Source of the DNA: Owenia fusiformis
Lineage: Eukaryota
Assembly (NCBI GenBank): GCA_903813345.2
Contig: CAIIXF020000001.1
Span: 18,228,001 to 18,292,000 of the forward strand
Length of the DNA: 64,000 nt
Direction: 5' to 3'
Position numbers and translations under genes: made by a program. The notes under the pieces are model-generated. The model saw only the letters and a program-made list of their open reading frames with translations. It made no database searches and was not told the origin of the DNA. Each line of letters opens with the position of its first letter. The stretch's first letter is position 1. Below, piece by piece: positions 1-15,269 of this stretch.

Positions 1-307
1 ACTGTTTATGACGCAACATAGCATATGAATAAAATTTAGGGCATCCAAGTTTAACGTATTGCTTTTGTCTGTTTGAAATAACGTGAACCGTGTTTTAATG
101 GATTTTTATAAAAAAAACTCGAATCATGACAGATTTATTGAAAGGAAATTCTAAAGCAAATGTTGTCTACAGCTTATAGCGAGTCACAAACAAATCATCT
201 TCGCGTCTGCGCACTGAGTACGGATGCATAAAAATCAAGATGGCGGTCAGGTGTGGCAGACGGTTGAAAATGTTAGAAAAATCGACGAAATAGTTGGAAG
301 AAAATGT

Positions 308-389
308 GGGATTCTCTTGTACCCTGTAGAACCGAGCTTGTGCTGAAGTTTAGAACCACAAGCCATTCTACAGTGTGCATGGAAATTCT
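308..389 (+). ncRNA. mir-10: miR-10-family pre-microRNA (predicted mature 5p TACCCTGTAGAACCGAGCTTGTG at 320-342; 3p arm ~357-379)
   Basis: 320-342 differs from vertebrate miR-10b-5p (UACCCUGUAGAACCGAAUUUGUG) at only 2 positions. It pairs with CACAAGCCATTCTACAGTGTGCA (357-379) across a ~14 nt loop. A lower stem forms between 308-317 and 380-389. There is an apical UGUG at 339-342 and a CNNC (CGAC, 397-400) 18 nt after the 3p end. The exact paralogue is not assigned. Confidence 0.92.
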
Positions 390-3300
390 TACGATTCGAC
401 ATATACACGTGAAATATGGCACCAGACATGGAATCCAGGGCCCGGTACGATTATAGGTTATCCAGACACGGAAGACGATCGATATGCACGGCGTTGTGTC
501 TTGTCTGATGGACATTGTGTTACAGTGGAAGTGGAACATCAAGTCTGATGGGCAGCGTTTTCCACATAGTTTGATTATGAATCAATTGAATTTCTATATC
601 TATATTCTATTTTGAATCATCTAGATGTACAAAAGATGTCACTTGGTGAATTGAGCTCATGTATGTACATCGTGACCCAGACTTCATAGAATGGACTTGA
701 TTGGAAAAAAAGGAACAGTATCGAGTTTAATGTTATTGAAACGTTGTTCAATAAACCAATTTCTATATTCATATACATGTGAATCATACCAAACTATTTT
801 GTTTATTTGTGATTATACAGTGTTTGATAAACGTGCATTTACAGTTATTTCAAATGGAGTTTTCCATCTAGACGGCCATTTTGTTTTCTCAACGTCATCA
901 AAGAGCAGAGTTATGATTGGTCTGAGACAAATCAAGACCCTGTCCCATAGAACTCAATATATATATCCTCATGCTCTCTCTCTCCACCTATATATTGAAA
1001 CCAATATTTCCTACATACAACCTGTACTAAATGGCCACAAAAACCCCAATATTGCTAGCTTGTGTATGAATCAAGATATTAAATATATTCAACTAAATTG
1101 ACCCAAATGCAAAAGAATCCCGAACCATAACTAAAGATTTACGTTTTCAGAATATGTCTAATAAAGCAACGCAGATGTTGATCTATTTTTTGGTCTCGTT
1201 AAAGGCTATATTTGTTCACTTTTAACCCAGGTTCCAATTTTACTTTCTCATCGCGTCCACAGCTAGTGGCATATGCAGCAATTAATCAAAGCAAAGACAG
1301 AGATTAATTATCTCCCGTCTATTCTTTACAAATGCATATGAAAAATTGGCCTGGCCAATTCGTACGGAAATTAAAAGATAAAACAGTGATAACATTTAAA
1401 TTGAACTGGCATCTGTGTTCATCCATCGAAACATGGTTACTAAAAAGAACGGAGGTATTGATACAATGCTGTTCCTGTTTGTCCCTACAATGAAAATGCA
1501 ATTTAGTCAATCTTGCTTTAAATAGCATCAATCCTTCTTTACATAACGAGCATTTAATTTGTTTGTTGAGCCATTTTATTCGGATTGGAAAAGAAATGGA
1601 TAAAATCAAGCCTCGATGTAACTAATCAGCTCCAAGAGTTCATGGTTCGATAATGATCCACCTTCTGGACAAACTGGATCGGTGATAAATTCACCAAACT
1701 CGCTCACTTATTTAACCATTTCACTTAATTATTACTAACATAATAACATTTTAATCGTTTGTTATATTTAAAGGGTGTCAACGACCGACCCGTTATTAAA
1801 TTGACATTTATGTGGCCTATTTTATGAATACATGAAGAACGTTGTAACATGCTGTTCAGCTATATGTATTGGTATGTAAGGTCTATATTTACAAGATTTA
1901 TTGTGAAGTAACGAAGACTCGTCTCCAGGGCAAAACCATGTGTTAATTACAGATGTACTGTCGTATATGTGTTACATTGAACTGGCGTATTTGAGAGAAG
2001 TAACATTGAAATAAGGCAATACTATATTCGGTATATACTTAAGTTATTTATCAAATTTTTCGATGGTATAGTATCGCGTTGAGTTATCTATTAAAGATAA
2101 GTTGTTTTAATACATATTTCATGAATATAGCGCTCTTCTTTTCATCAACTCCAATTAATCTTTTAGTGAAAATTGGTGAATCTGGTCATATTTACAATCA
2201 TTTAATTACATTTGAATTATTTAACTCTTCTAATATTTTTCTCGAGAAGGATGGATGCTTGCATCATCTCAAAAATGTTATTGAACGCCTTTTCTACTGG
2301 GTGCAAATATTACAAGGTAGCATTCTGGTTTTAAAATGAGTGGCATCTAGTATATTATTAAACTATAATTATAATAAAAACAATTTCCTATAATTTTAAA
2401 TATGATATGGCACGATAATTCACCTTTAACTCCTTAGTAATCAACTGACTTCTTTGGATTATCATTCTATTAAAATTGCAATTATGACAACTGTTTATTC
2501 ACACGAATTCAAATTGTTTATTTTTTGTCTATCTTTAGATCGTTTCGAATTAATACAAATAATTACTGAATACAATAAATGGGTGTTCAGTGCTGTCCTC
2601 TGCTTTTTTGGTTTTAGTATGACATACTGTAAAACCAAAGTTTTCGGTATTGAATTTCAAACACTTTAAATTAAAATGTATTATATTGTTGCAGATAATT
2701 CATTAATTGTACCCAGTGTACTGTTTCACTTGTTATTATTTTCATGGAATGTTCTACCGTATGCTAGACCAATGGGCTATTGCTATCATGTGAGGTCCCA
2801 ATGTATATAAAAAATAAAACGTTGAGTATTCATTGTGTGTAATTGACCATTGCAGCCAAGTCCGAAAGGAGTTTCAAAAGTAGTCAAATAAACATGCCAA
2901 GAATACCAAGGACGAAAGTGAGTCTCATTTCGGCAATTAATATGAGTAGGAGGACCTCATCATTACTCTCATACATATCGATTATAAATCTCTTTGGACT
3001 TTTGGGATGACCTTTGACAAACCTCTGAATCTTATCTCCACTGGTGTTTAATAATTTTCCTTAATTACTATCATCAACGAATTTACATATAAATTAACTT
3101 GAATTGAAATGATGCATTTTTGACCATACAAACTCCAAATGTCTAGATGATTCATGGGATTTTAAGGATGAACGGGATACTTCTGAGAGAGATAATTACC
3201 ATCGAGCAATCAGCATTCTTAGACCCGTTATCCCAGTGATTAATTCAACGGTGAGTGTGTGGATAATCTAAAGAAAACCAGATGGCTTGACTGACCGCTT

Positions 3301-6300
3301 ACCCCAAGGCCCTTGGGACAGGGAGATAATAGAAGGTAGCTCGCTAGTCACGCCACCCTGTCATTATCGTGGGCACCATCTTACTCTTGAAACCTAGATC
3401 GTCTCTACTAGACCACAACCCTGTCATCGTTGTTTCTCTTTGGGCAATCGAGCATACAAGGACTTTGTTCTCGTCACCCTGGGATCCTGAATTTACACTC
3501 CTAGTCATGGGAAAGTTCACTTGTATTTAGATATCTACAATCAATCACACGTCTACAAAATCATGAACCGTTTCCCTCCAACCCTGCATGTTTCTACTTT
3601 AATTCATATTGCATACTAGTACCTTTTGTAAGTCTGAACTATATTCATAATAATTACACAATGGGTAATGTATTGCAATATTTGACGTTGAATGAATGAG
3701 AATTTTTTGACTTGCTCTATTGACAAATATTTTCATGCATCAATGTTTTTCTTCTTTATGTATATTTCTTTAGGGGACGTTTTGTGAGATTGCTTTAAAG
3801 TACGATTTTTCGTAATTTGATAGGTTCATATCCTAAGCTGTTGTAATGTTCGTTGGCCATTGTTATCCTTTGCATTATTGTGGTCTCCCCTGTTATTGCT
3901 GATGAATACTAAAACAATATAGGGTATATAACATGATTAGCAGGCAATGGCATAATTTATATTAATAAACATCATTGCCTGCTTCATTTTTTAACTTGTA
4001 ACTCCTTAGACAGGCTCTTCAAATATGCCATCATCGAGCTAAAACATTGTTCATTAAGCATATCCTGTTTTGATTGAATGTAATTGAGGAAAAATGTTCT
4101 TTGTGGATAACTCAAAACATGTTGCATATTCATTGCAAAAAACTATTAAGACTTATCCTTTGGAGCTGATTTGATATATTATATTGTGTGAAATAGTATG
4201 GCTTCTGGCTTCACATGCATTTGATATATACTGTGTGAAATAGTATGGCTTTACATGCATCTTGTTTTGAAGTAAATTCAATCGTTGGAAAGGGGTTGAT
4301 TTCTAACAAACATTCAATGTCACTGTGGGTGCACAGTCTCTACTATTCTTTGGGAAAGCTTCGGATATATTTTATTTATTCTTCAAGTACATTCACACCC
4401 CTTGGGGTCAAGTACATGTACAAACAAAAATTATAACAATTATAAAGGAAGGAAAAAGACGACATTTACATGTAAAAGAACTAGGCTACTTAACTAGGTT
4501 ACTTATATAAAGACTCTGATAAATCAGAGGGATTCAACGTCATTACATTAATCATATTACACAATCACTCAGACAGAAATACTCTGAAACAATAAAATAT
4601 GTATGTGTATGTGTATATGTCGAGCCATTATAAAAATACAAGGATAAAATAATAAATCATTTGCAATTGCATTGTTAACCTGTCGGAGTGTCAATGTCTA
4701 TGTCAACCCTGTAACTGTTATTAGTGTTCTATTAATCACGATATGACATGTTTGTTGTTCATATATTCAGTCCTCGTATACATAATTATGATATCTACAG
4801 ATATCAATCCATTTTATATTGACAGAATCAGTACATTAAGAGATCAATATTACGTCATCTAACATCATCAAATCGGATTAAAATTCATCTGGTAAAACTT
4901 TGAACAACAAATGTCTCGAGGAACCTTCCATGTCACATGTATTTTATTTACCTCAGTAACATGTACTTGGCCATTTTTCCAGTAATAGCAAGATGTTCAA
5001 TAAAAGTTGTTGTTGATCCTGTATTTAATGTTGTAACATTCTAATATACTATGGAGGTCAACTAATGATAAATATTAGAAGGTTAGACCAAAGATGGTGG
5101 TTCTGATCTAAACCTGTAATATGTAGAACTTCTTGCTACAAAGAATAACCAAAAAATGCAGAACACTAGTGTCCCATGAGACAAATATGCCAGGAGACTT
5201 TGGACTTTGGAATTCGAATTAGGGATAATGGGGATTGTTTCCTTTATTATTGATTGCCAGCCTACCCATGGTTTCATTAATATAGGATTTCGAAGATCAT
5301 TTCTAAAGATCAAATCGTTTCTCTAAAATATACTGTCAAAGATTGGCAAAACATCAGAAATATAAACACCAAAATGCATATTTATCCTTTATACATATGT
5401 ATGTTCAAAGATTCCAGTTGGAACAATCGACTGTCTCCTGATACTCTACTTTAGTATTATGACAATGTAGTGTATTAGGGGACAGTCACTAGACATATTC
5501 GTTGGGGAGTTAGGTATCGTTAATATTCTAAGGTGAGATGTTGCGTAACGTAATTGTCTTAGCTGGGATAAGTAGTTATCTAAGTTCACTAGTAAACGAT
5601 ACTATGTACATCTTATACACACCTAGTGCAAAGGGAATTAAAAGGAATATTACCAAATATTTTCTTCTATAACACTAATCATTAAACCATTAAAGCTCCT
5701 AAGATTTATGTGTTTTGGTTTTTACAGTTATATTATTGATAAACAGGCAAGTAGTTTGTCCCAAGGCAGGTTACTTCGACACAGTCAGCCAATTTTGTAA
5801 AGAGGTTGCATCGAGCCCCTGATTTGTGCCCTGTCAGTCCCTAATATTGGGAATTCAAATTTACATTTATGTAAATTGAATACCATTCATATCTCAGGTG
5901 TATAGGCATAAATTGATAAAATTTTTGATGTGTGTACTCATCTTGTAAAATGTGTTTGATTTGAATATATCCAATTATATCGGATTTTACCATGTTGAAA
6001 TAAAGAGGAACTCAAAAAATTTGCAGAGGTATTGAGATGTAGTTGAGTAACTTAGTGATTAGTTGTTTCCTAACTATAATGCCGCATAAGCACCCTTTGC
6101 AACTACACTGTGGTATATCGTCGCTATGGAAATTGATACAAATGCATTACGGCATTGACTTGAATTAAAGAGCCAATTTGTCCCCAGATGTATCTTCATT
6201 ATAATGTCATGCATTCATTTCCCTCCCAATTACATCTTAGGAACTTACTGATAGAAAGTGATACCATTTCAACTAATGAATCTTCCCCAGTGCTATTATA

Positions 6301-8695
6301 TTTTACAATAAATCAACCACGTTGACTTAATTAAAGATATGCTACATAATATCACATCTATAAAGGTAATGCACAAATGAAACCTGTAATCATCTTCACA
6401 TTCAACATGATAAGCAACATGATTGCTTGTTATGTGCATGTATTATCACTTTAGAGTCAAAACAATACATTGTCATTCATTATATTTCCCGAAATAATAT
6501 CCTCTCTAATTGTATGTATTGCAAATAGTGCTCTTAGGTAATCGAATGCCGAGTATAATTCATAAATTCATCTTTAGTATGAACGTAATGTTTAACTATT
6601 GCCATAAAGGAGGTGGTCCCTGGAGTGGGTAATTAACAGAAGCAAGACTCATCAAAGTAAAAGGAATTAACGTAACACATCATATATCAAAATACATTCA
6701 TCCGAATGTATGTTTCAGCAAGTGTAAATTGGTAAATTGGCTTTTTAGTTTTAAGCTGAGTCACACTCCCATTGTTCAATTAAGGATATCTTCCCGGGGA
6801 ATTATGCAATATGGTTCCCAGACGAATGTCTGAGTTTTTGCAATGTGATATGCTTTGGCTTTGCCCTCTTCGATCAGAAGTATGACATAACACCTGGTGA
6901 ACTGGAATCTACTGACAAAATAGAAGCTCATTTATCTTCTTAAATCAGTTTGCTCGACTTTTGTTTGAAATTAAGCATTAGAAATAACTAATTGTACACG
7001 GCTTTGTGTTAGAAGTACATCAGTTCATGATTGATGGAAATAACGCAATCGTGAGACTGTGTATTACACAAGAAGGGTGGTTGAAATGTGGAATACAACT
7101 TTTATATGGGTTAGCGCAGAATACATGGTAAGAATGCATGCCAAATTCCAACCCCATCCCTTCTCATTTTAACGACTAGAACATGAAAATGGTTAGAATT
7201 ATAATTTCACCAATAAGGTACATGTAATATTTTCCCTATGATAAGGTCGTTTTGTTATTTAGGATTGAGACAATTTTCAGAATGGAAAAGTTGTGTTTTA
7301 CACCGTTTCTTTGTACCTTAGGTCATTGGTATAGTGGTGACTTATTTCCTAATGACCTGATATAATCTCAGTTGTTCCTTCTCTATTTATGTCTAAACCC
7401 AGAGGCTTACAATAACAGAAGCCCTCGAACTGAATTTTGTAGAAGCAGGTTAAAAACCTCACAAAGGGAAATACTCGAATGCTTATAACAGTTTCTTATA
7501 GTTAGGGTTGACTTGATTCGTGTTTTTCAAAGAATATCATTTTGTTTTGTTACGTACACGTATATATATTCAATAATCATATGATTTTAGAGGTAAGTGT
7601 GCAGAAATTTCGTTGATGGTAATGTAATGGAAAAGAACACACAACAGCCAGTCCATAAATCACTTATATGAAACTTAGATTCAAGCCAAAAAGTCATCAA
7701 ATCATATTCACACCAGAAACTTGACAAGACATAAAAAAAGTTCCAAAGTACTCAATCTACTCAATAGGGAGGTTAAACAACTGTACGTGAACGTGTATGA
7801 TTATAGTCCTTTATGTATTATTTCTCCCATTTGTTCTTTTTACTTTGATGATGGATTGTAAAGATGTACGGAAAATAATTGTAATTAGGTCCCTGAAAAA
7901 GTGAAAAATTACATGCTCACTTACAGGTTCTCTAAAAAACGTGTAACTTAATCTCCTATATACCAAACTGAACAGACGCAATCACCAGGCTATTCAGGGG
8001 GTAAATAGCACAATTTTAATCTTCACAGCACATGTTTAAGTTAAAGTGGACATTTCTTTTTGTTACAAATGCGAATATAAGATGGTGGACATCTATGTGT
8101 CTTTATATCAATAAAACGTTTTTGTTGTTCATATTTATCTTAAATGAGACATGAACACAAAATGTTCCCCTGGAATAATGGCGCGAAATAGATGAAGTGT
8201 GACATGGACGGATTGGATTGAGTGTATTTCTTATGCATAAATTTGTTCTTGTTCACTCTGTATGTTGAGTCTGACGTCTACCTGTATGATGTACCTGTAC
8301 ATGATACCGTGATTATGCTGGCTGTTATTATAGCTAGGGCACGGGGCTATTACGTGTAAGAGTACTCGGCTGTATATTCAGTTCAACGTGTATTTTAAAA
8401 TGCTCACGGCCGTATGCTGAGGACTGGTTGGTACCCGTGGTTTCACAAAAATTCAAATGGTACTACATAGCCAAAAAATGTGCCCAAGAATAAGAGGAAA
8501 ATGTGCTAAATTCAAATCCATCGTTTTGGGTATTTATCTGCAAAAAATGATAAGACATTAAGCCATGGCTCATTTGAAAGGTATCTTTGTGCTTTTTAAG
8601 ATAAACAAAAATCCAAATATTGAAAGAATCTTTTATAACATGCCCTCATCCGTGCCTATACATATATTTATCGTATGATCTGTAAAATGAAGCCC

Positions 8696-8974
8696 TCTGA
8701 TTGGTCAGTTCTTGTGCTGTACCAATCTGTATTGCTACTGAGATTGTCCGCGTTGATCATCTCCGTCGCAATACAGAAAATATTGGTATGGAGGAGACAA
8801 TTTCAGTAGCAATACAGAGGATAACACGATAAAAACGTTATTGAATGATTTGAAGTGCAATACAGGATATATTCTGTCTCGATATTCTGTATTGGCACTC
8901 GACTTCGTCTCGTTCCAATACGGAATTTCTCGAACAGAATATATCCTGTATTGCACTTCAAATCATTCAATAAC
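8696..8974. mobile_element. Non-autonomous fold-back (hairpin) element
   Basis: TCTGATTGGTCA at 8696. Inverted repeat CTGTATTGCTACTGAGATTGTC (~8727) / GACAATTTCAGTAGCAATACAG (~8796). A second hairpin with ~59 bp arms spans 8837-8974 around a CTCGACTTCGTCTCG loop. Ends are approximate. Confidence 0.7.
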
Positions 8975-11900
8975 TTATAGTATACACAACATCGCCTACC
9001 AAAGCTCCTTTGTAAATCAGTCCATATGAGGGAAAATTTGTTTTTACATACAATATTACGTGTGACGACAACACATTAACAAAAACATATTTTGAACTTG
9101 ATCATTACAATTATTAATTGCTACACGGCTCATTTTTCAGTTGAGTTTTCGCAAATTGGTTTTAATGATGTTTTTAATAGATTGTGTCAAAAGTTAAAAT
9201 AATTATGTGACACATTTTAGTGTTAACATTTTTGAACTATGTATTTATGATAAAGTCGTGCTACCTTATAATTATATGCTTTCTAAACACCTAACACGCT
9301 ACTAGAACTCTAGTACTACAATTAATAGCGTGCTAACTAGACATAACATAAAATCAATAGATCATTTTCATTAACTTTATTTTTTGTGAATCACCCTTTA
9401 ATGTCAGTTTTGAACCTGTGTAGTGTTAATGCTCACACATGATGAAATCACTCCCATTGCCTATTAAATTGACAGGAATAAACTCTAATATACCAAGCAA
9501 TACATCAACAGTGTATACATAGATGTGCTATGTAGAGCAATATTAAAGACACATAACTAGGTCAATGTGTGTAGTATAGCTCTTCTATTGACTCTAAGCA
9601 AAGGCCATTGTCTCTTATGGTACTGCATGAAAGCTAAATTGCCTCTAGACCAACTATACTGCGTTAATGTCATCCACATTTGTCAGTCTGACCTTAAAAT
9701 GGGTCTATGACTATATTGATGTTCAAGAGGAAGCTAGATACTAAGAAGAACCGCAATCTTAACGCTATTATTACATTGACACAAAGACACCGCTGTAACG
9801 AGTAATTGTACAAAGTTTTCTTTAATATCACATGCATATTGGCACTCACTGCTCATATTCAGCCCGCTATATAAAAATAAGAAATATGCAGTGTATGCCC
9901 ATGACTTATTTACAAGACTATGGTTACAACGAATACATTATAACAAAATATTTTTGGATGTCCATATAACTTGCAATTTAAAGAATAGTAGTTACATTTT
10001 TCCAAGGTAGCATATTTTAATTATAATAAATCTAATTCACTCATCTTAATTTACTAGCTATAGTTATCCATCTGGTGAATTTAGAAATATATGTTTCAGT
10101 TCAAACAAATTATCTGAATTTCAGGACTAATGCGGGCAAGATACATATTAAACATTTACATGTTCCACCGTGCTTCAACGTATTATGGTTGATCTTGAGA
10201 AGAACTGGCAAGCTATCCATCAATGTTGCAGTTTTCAGATGATCAAATCAGGCCATATCTGTTGAGAAACTTGAATGTATGCCAGACAGAGGAACACTTC
10301 AGATAAGTACCGTATAGAACTCGTTCAGATGTTGGAACACTGTGGGAAAGTTGTATCTCTCACAGCAAAAGAGGGCATTCGAATTCCCAGTGCCAGTTGC
10401 CACCCCTGTGAGGTGTTTTACATGCACGATTACAAGCCATAGAGTATGCTTATATCATATCAAATTTTTGTCTTCCATTCTCCTCATACATATTCAACAT
10501 CATTATGGATCGTTTCACATTATATATTCCATATTTGCATTTTGATCCAGATTCATATGCAAATATATTCCTTTGCTAATGGACTTCATAATCTAGACTT
10601 GCTTCTTCCATTCAAGCGTCGATCGTTGCTGTCTGTCGATTTTTGGACCGTGTCACCGTGTAAATGCAAATTCTGAAAAAACGAAATAAAATCTTTACTT
10701 ATCATAAACATGTATTCTGTCTGTGTAAAAGATGTATCATTGAATAGAGTTGCTTTCTATTTCAATAGAAAGCTATTGCCAAATTTCAGCTTCTGTATTT
10801 TGTTAGCAAGGTGCATGATAAAAAATATATGATACATACATTTGCACATGTAAAGCAAATGTGAATGTATGTATACAGATAGATATATACGAAAAAGCAA
10901 ATTAACGGAGCAAGCCAGGGTTATACATTTATTTTAAATGTAAATTTTATATGTTTTAAGCCATAAATCGTTAAAATTAAAACAATTAAAAAATAAGGAA
11001 ATACACTTTTTAGACTTTTATGTAGCAAATGGTATGAGTAATGTACTTAATTAAATAACTGGGAAATTTGTGATAAAAGTGCAACAAGAGCTATAGAACA
11101 GTACACAAATACATGTTTTGAAAGGTGAAGGTCGAAATAAACATGGCTGCCTCTTAGTTTGTTTATGTATCCCCAAATTGACGAAACCATGCCTACAAGA
11201 AGGTAGCATCTGTCATGTTAGTCTGGCATTGTACTTCATGTAGTATGTTTAAAATTCGGTTCTTATTTCTCGGCCTACAGTTTTTGGATAACTTACTCTG
11301 TAATGTATATTAAATACTTGAGTCGTGAACAAATCGAGGAATTGACAGAGACGAAATGGGGGTTTCTAAATATATTTTTACAATGTCCATAAATTGTTTA
11401 AATTGGTGTTTGCGTTCCTGTCCGAAATAATGATATATGTGGGTAATCGAAAGCAAGAGAAATGTCTAGAATAACCAAGGAGCCTAATTCTCTCCTATCT
11501 TTTATACGACTGTCTCATAAATTAGTCAAAGGGACAATGAAACTATAATACACAGCACAGTGAGAATACTCCATCCTTAGAACCCATTCAGCAATCTAAC
11601 TTGTTTTCGGTCTTAAATCAAATATGTTGTCAAAATCAAAAATTGTTTTTCAAAAAGATGTGAAAATTAATTTAAATATCTAAAAAGTGGTTTAGTTCAA
11701 AAGGCTATTTTTCAAATTCCTCATTTTTCAAAGTATATATAATTAGAATGTAATTGAGAATATTTGTGAAAATATAACTGAAAGAGATTTTTTAGAAATA
11801 CATCTTACATCTAGTAGTTTTTCTCTATATGTATAAATATGTATACGATTGTTGGATACTATTGATATCTTGATCTCATACCCTGGATAGTTAATTGTAA

Positions 11901-14900
11901 TCCTGAGAAATAACTAGGATTTGGAACTGATAAAGATATCTTATAGTGAATGAATCCATTAGAATGCTGATTTTACTAATGACTAATATAATGACTCAAA
12001 AGCATCCATCCTACAAAAACGGGCCCAAGACAGCTCAATTTGGACAATTGCAACTCATTAATTAATTACATTAGTCCCTTTCCTTGAGAATAATCAACTG
12101 AGATGCTAACTATAATATCAGTCCATTATTGTTTTCGATAATACTGGCTAAATGCGCCTTGGAAACTAATGAATCGTTCCAAAGCAGTTTAATGAAAATT
12201 ACTTGTTCAGAATAAGAACTACTTTATAACATATTGGAAAAGACTATAAATTTAGGGAACTGTCTAGTTGTCCATTGAAGCAAGTTTTTACATTCTTTCA
12301 GAAATTAAAAGTGTTCTAGTATAGCTAATGAAATTTTTGAGTGGAACAACAAAAGCCCATACCATTGTGAGTGGGCTGATATCGTAAATAAAGGAACACT
12401 TCCTTTTAAACGATTGTTTGTACAGTAAAACACAACATTCGACTTAAACATATTCGTTTATTGACTTAGGATTTACATTACTCTTTGAGTTAATGATTCT
12501 TCCAGTCTTTCAATAATGAGGCCAACGTGTTCCCCCATTCCTGTTTATAGATCTTTAAATCACTTCCGTTTCCCTGTCATTGTTGGTATACTTAACAAGT
12601 GCATTAAAATGAACAAGTAAATGAACACATAATTAATTACGGTATCAGTATTTCTTGTTAAATCTCATTAGAAGTATCCGAGGTTGTGATCCTGTATAGA
12701 TTTTTTGGGTTTGATTTGATGGGGTATTACCCTGTTAAATCACTGCATGAAATGAAAAAGTTATGGCTACATAGAGATGCACTTGTTTTGGCCCATAAAC
12801 AAACACAGTACTTCTTAAACTAAACGTCTCTAAATTATAGCTATTTTCGTTAAACTGGTTTATTTTTAGTGCATCTAGAGTACATTAACACGTGCATGGT
12901 CCATACACAAAAGTTACTAAGACCCGGAATAAGTCATATCGTATCTTCACACAAAGCTAGTAAATCTGTCAAAATGTTACCATTTAATTTCTTTAAAATA
13001 ATTGTGGTCAAGTCTTCGTTTTGACTTGTGGTTCCAATACAAGTTTTGTTTCTTTGAACACACCATGTTTAGCAATAATTCTTAGTACCAAAAACGCCCA
13101 TGACAAAGTTGTGGCCAGCTTTGATTCTGACCCCATTCTCCTCAAATCAGATAAACAAAAAACAATCTACCTTTCCCCGAAGAGACTGTGACACAACTAG
13201 ACAAGACTATACACACTTTACAAGGTATACGTAAGTTAATTTTATGAAGTTTTGAATTGTTTCTTTGTTATTTTCGTTAAATCTGTCAAGTTGCTTAAAC
13301 TTCCCTTAGGGTTAAATGCTCTTTGAATCAATGGTCCACACATGCGCAGTAGGGGTCTTGTAGTTGTGATGAACTTTTGGCCCTCTAACAACTAACTGCA
13401 TGTCGGTCGAGATATCATCACAAACCGTTCAGAATCAAATTTATCTTAGAGAATTTTGTAGACAAAGTGCACAAAGTGACTTCTCTAATACTTGCCATCT
13501 CAAGTTGCACTTGTATGAATCCCATATGGCTGTTAGCCTTAACATAGTCTGTATATACATATCTAGTTACTCTAATTTCGAAAATTGCATGTTTACTTTT
13601 CAAGGCCGCATATAATATTAGACATTGCAGTGAGGATCTTGGGCAAAAAGTTGTACATGCATTTCGTAAAAGTCATACAATTGTCAAACACCATAATTGA
13701 TCTTTTCATAAAACGTCCGGTGTGTGTTTTTCGAGACCTTTGTTTTATGATTTTTACCTGAAACTTTGCGGTAGAAGCCCCCTGTTTTGCTAAGCAATTA
13801 CTGGCATTATTGAACTGGCAGTTAGACCGTAGGCCGTTATCGGTGTACACATTGGGAACATAAACCATCCTTAGTTTAATCAGTTCGTGTATCAAGAAAC
13901 TCGGTAATTAAATGTCGATTCAACATACTGAAAAGATGCGTCTAAAATCCTTTCATACGAATCAATATTCTTATACATAATTAATCTTACCAAGGACATT
14001 TTCCGGTGTTTAAAAGAACTAAATTTAAATAGATGTATTTTCGTCATTTTTCATTGCATTGTGATCTGCTGACAGTTTCACTATAAATCTACGCAGATAT
14101 TAAACATTAGCATGATTAATTAGGCGTTTTTAATATTATCGTACACACACACCCCGAATGAGATTTTTTTAAATTGAAAGTTGTACACAATAGAAATCAT
14201 TAGCCTTTGGGATTCAAGACATAAATTGATGTTTTCTTTTCAATCAGAATTAAAGTCCTCTAGTGCCGATCTTGGATGCAGGGATTGTTGTCTGTAATGT
14301 GAGTAAGCACTTCGACATAGCTGACCTTTTCTACAAGATCGTTTTCAGCAGTATTACTATATCGCCTTCCATACAAACACTCTGCTCAGCACCGTTGGCG
14401 CTTTACATTTATATGGCACACAATATTCCAAATTATTAATGGGCTGTTGGCAATGACAATGTGTGCAACAAGAGACTGTAGAGATGGTTGGCAATGTAAA
14501 AAGAGTAACATTCTATATTGATATTGATTAGCCTTTGATAGCAACACTATCATTTCAGAAGTCAAACCACATTGAGTCTAAACATCACCAAATGGCATCG
14601 AATTGTCAACGACCAAAATGTTTTTATTTCACTAAATTTGACATAAGTAATATTTAGGTCAAATTCCAACTAGATTTTTCTGAAAACTCTATAGAGTTTA
14701 GCTTACAGGGTGGGTGAACACATAACTATTCAATTATGAGCCGTGTATTTCACAATGATTGGTCTAGTGTCCATCAGAGGTTGATTTAGTCATTATTACG
14801 TCATGCCTTGACTGTTATCCACGGACAAAACATAACTTAGTATGGTTGATGCACTAGTACTATTGTTTATTGATGCTGTTTATGGTATTACACATTTGTC

Positions 14901-15269
14901 GTATGATACAAGTTCGTGATGCATAATAACTTGTCATTTTTCATAATTGTGCAATGATATGATATGGAATGTGATATGTCGTCGTTAAAAATGCCACAGT
15001 ATCTGGGATATAATGTTATGGTTTGTGAAAGTAGTGCGATATGACACCGTAAAACCTGGTTAATAATGCTATTCCAAGATATTTTTGATGTGCTATGATA
15101 TGTCATTGTTTTTAATGTGGCGTTGCGATTGATACGATTTGGTTTGACGCCCTATGGTCATGTTTATAATTGTTCAGTTTAACAATATATGATTTGATAT
15201 ACTGTGGTATAATATTGTTTTTGTATCGTATTTTATATGGTATAGCACTTGTTATAGTGGTGCAGTGTG

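Noticed and set aside
691-1101. 136 aa ORF downstream of the miRNA, and the other 60-105 aa intergenic ORFs
   Set aside because: They have no recognisable domain, show AT-driven amino-acid composition, and often have non-ATG starts. Their lengths are compatible with chance.
12712-12742. TGATTTGATGGGGTA-T-TACCCTGTTAAATCA palindrome containing the miR-10 seed TACCCTGT
   Set aside because: It is only 31 nt with essentially no loop and has no miR-10 similarity beyond the seed, so it cannot form a pre-miRNA.
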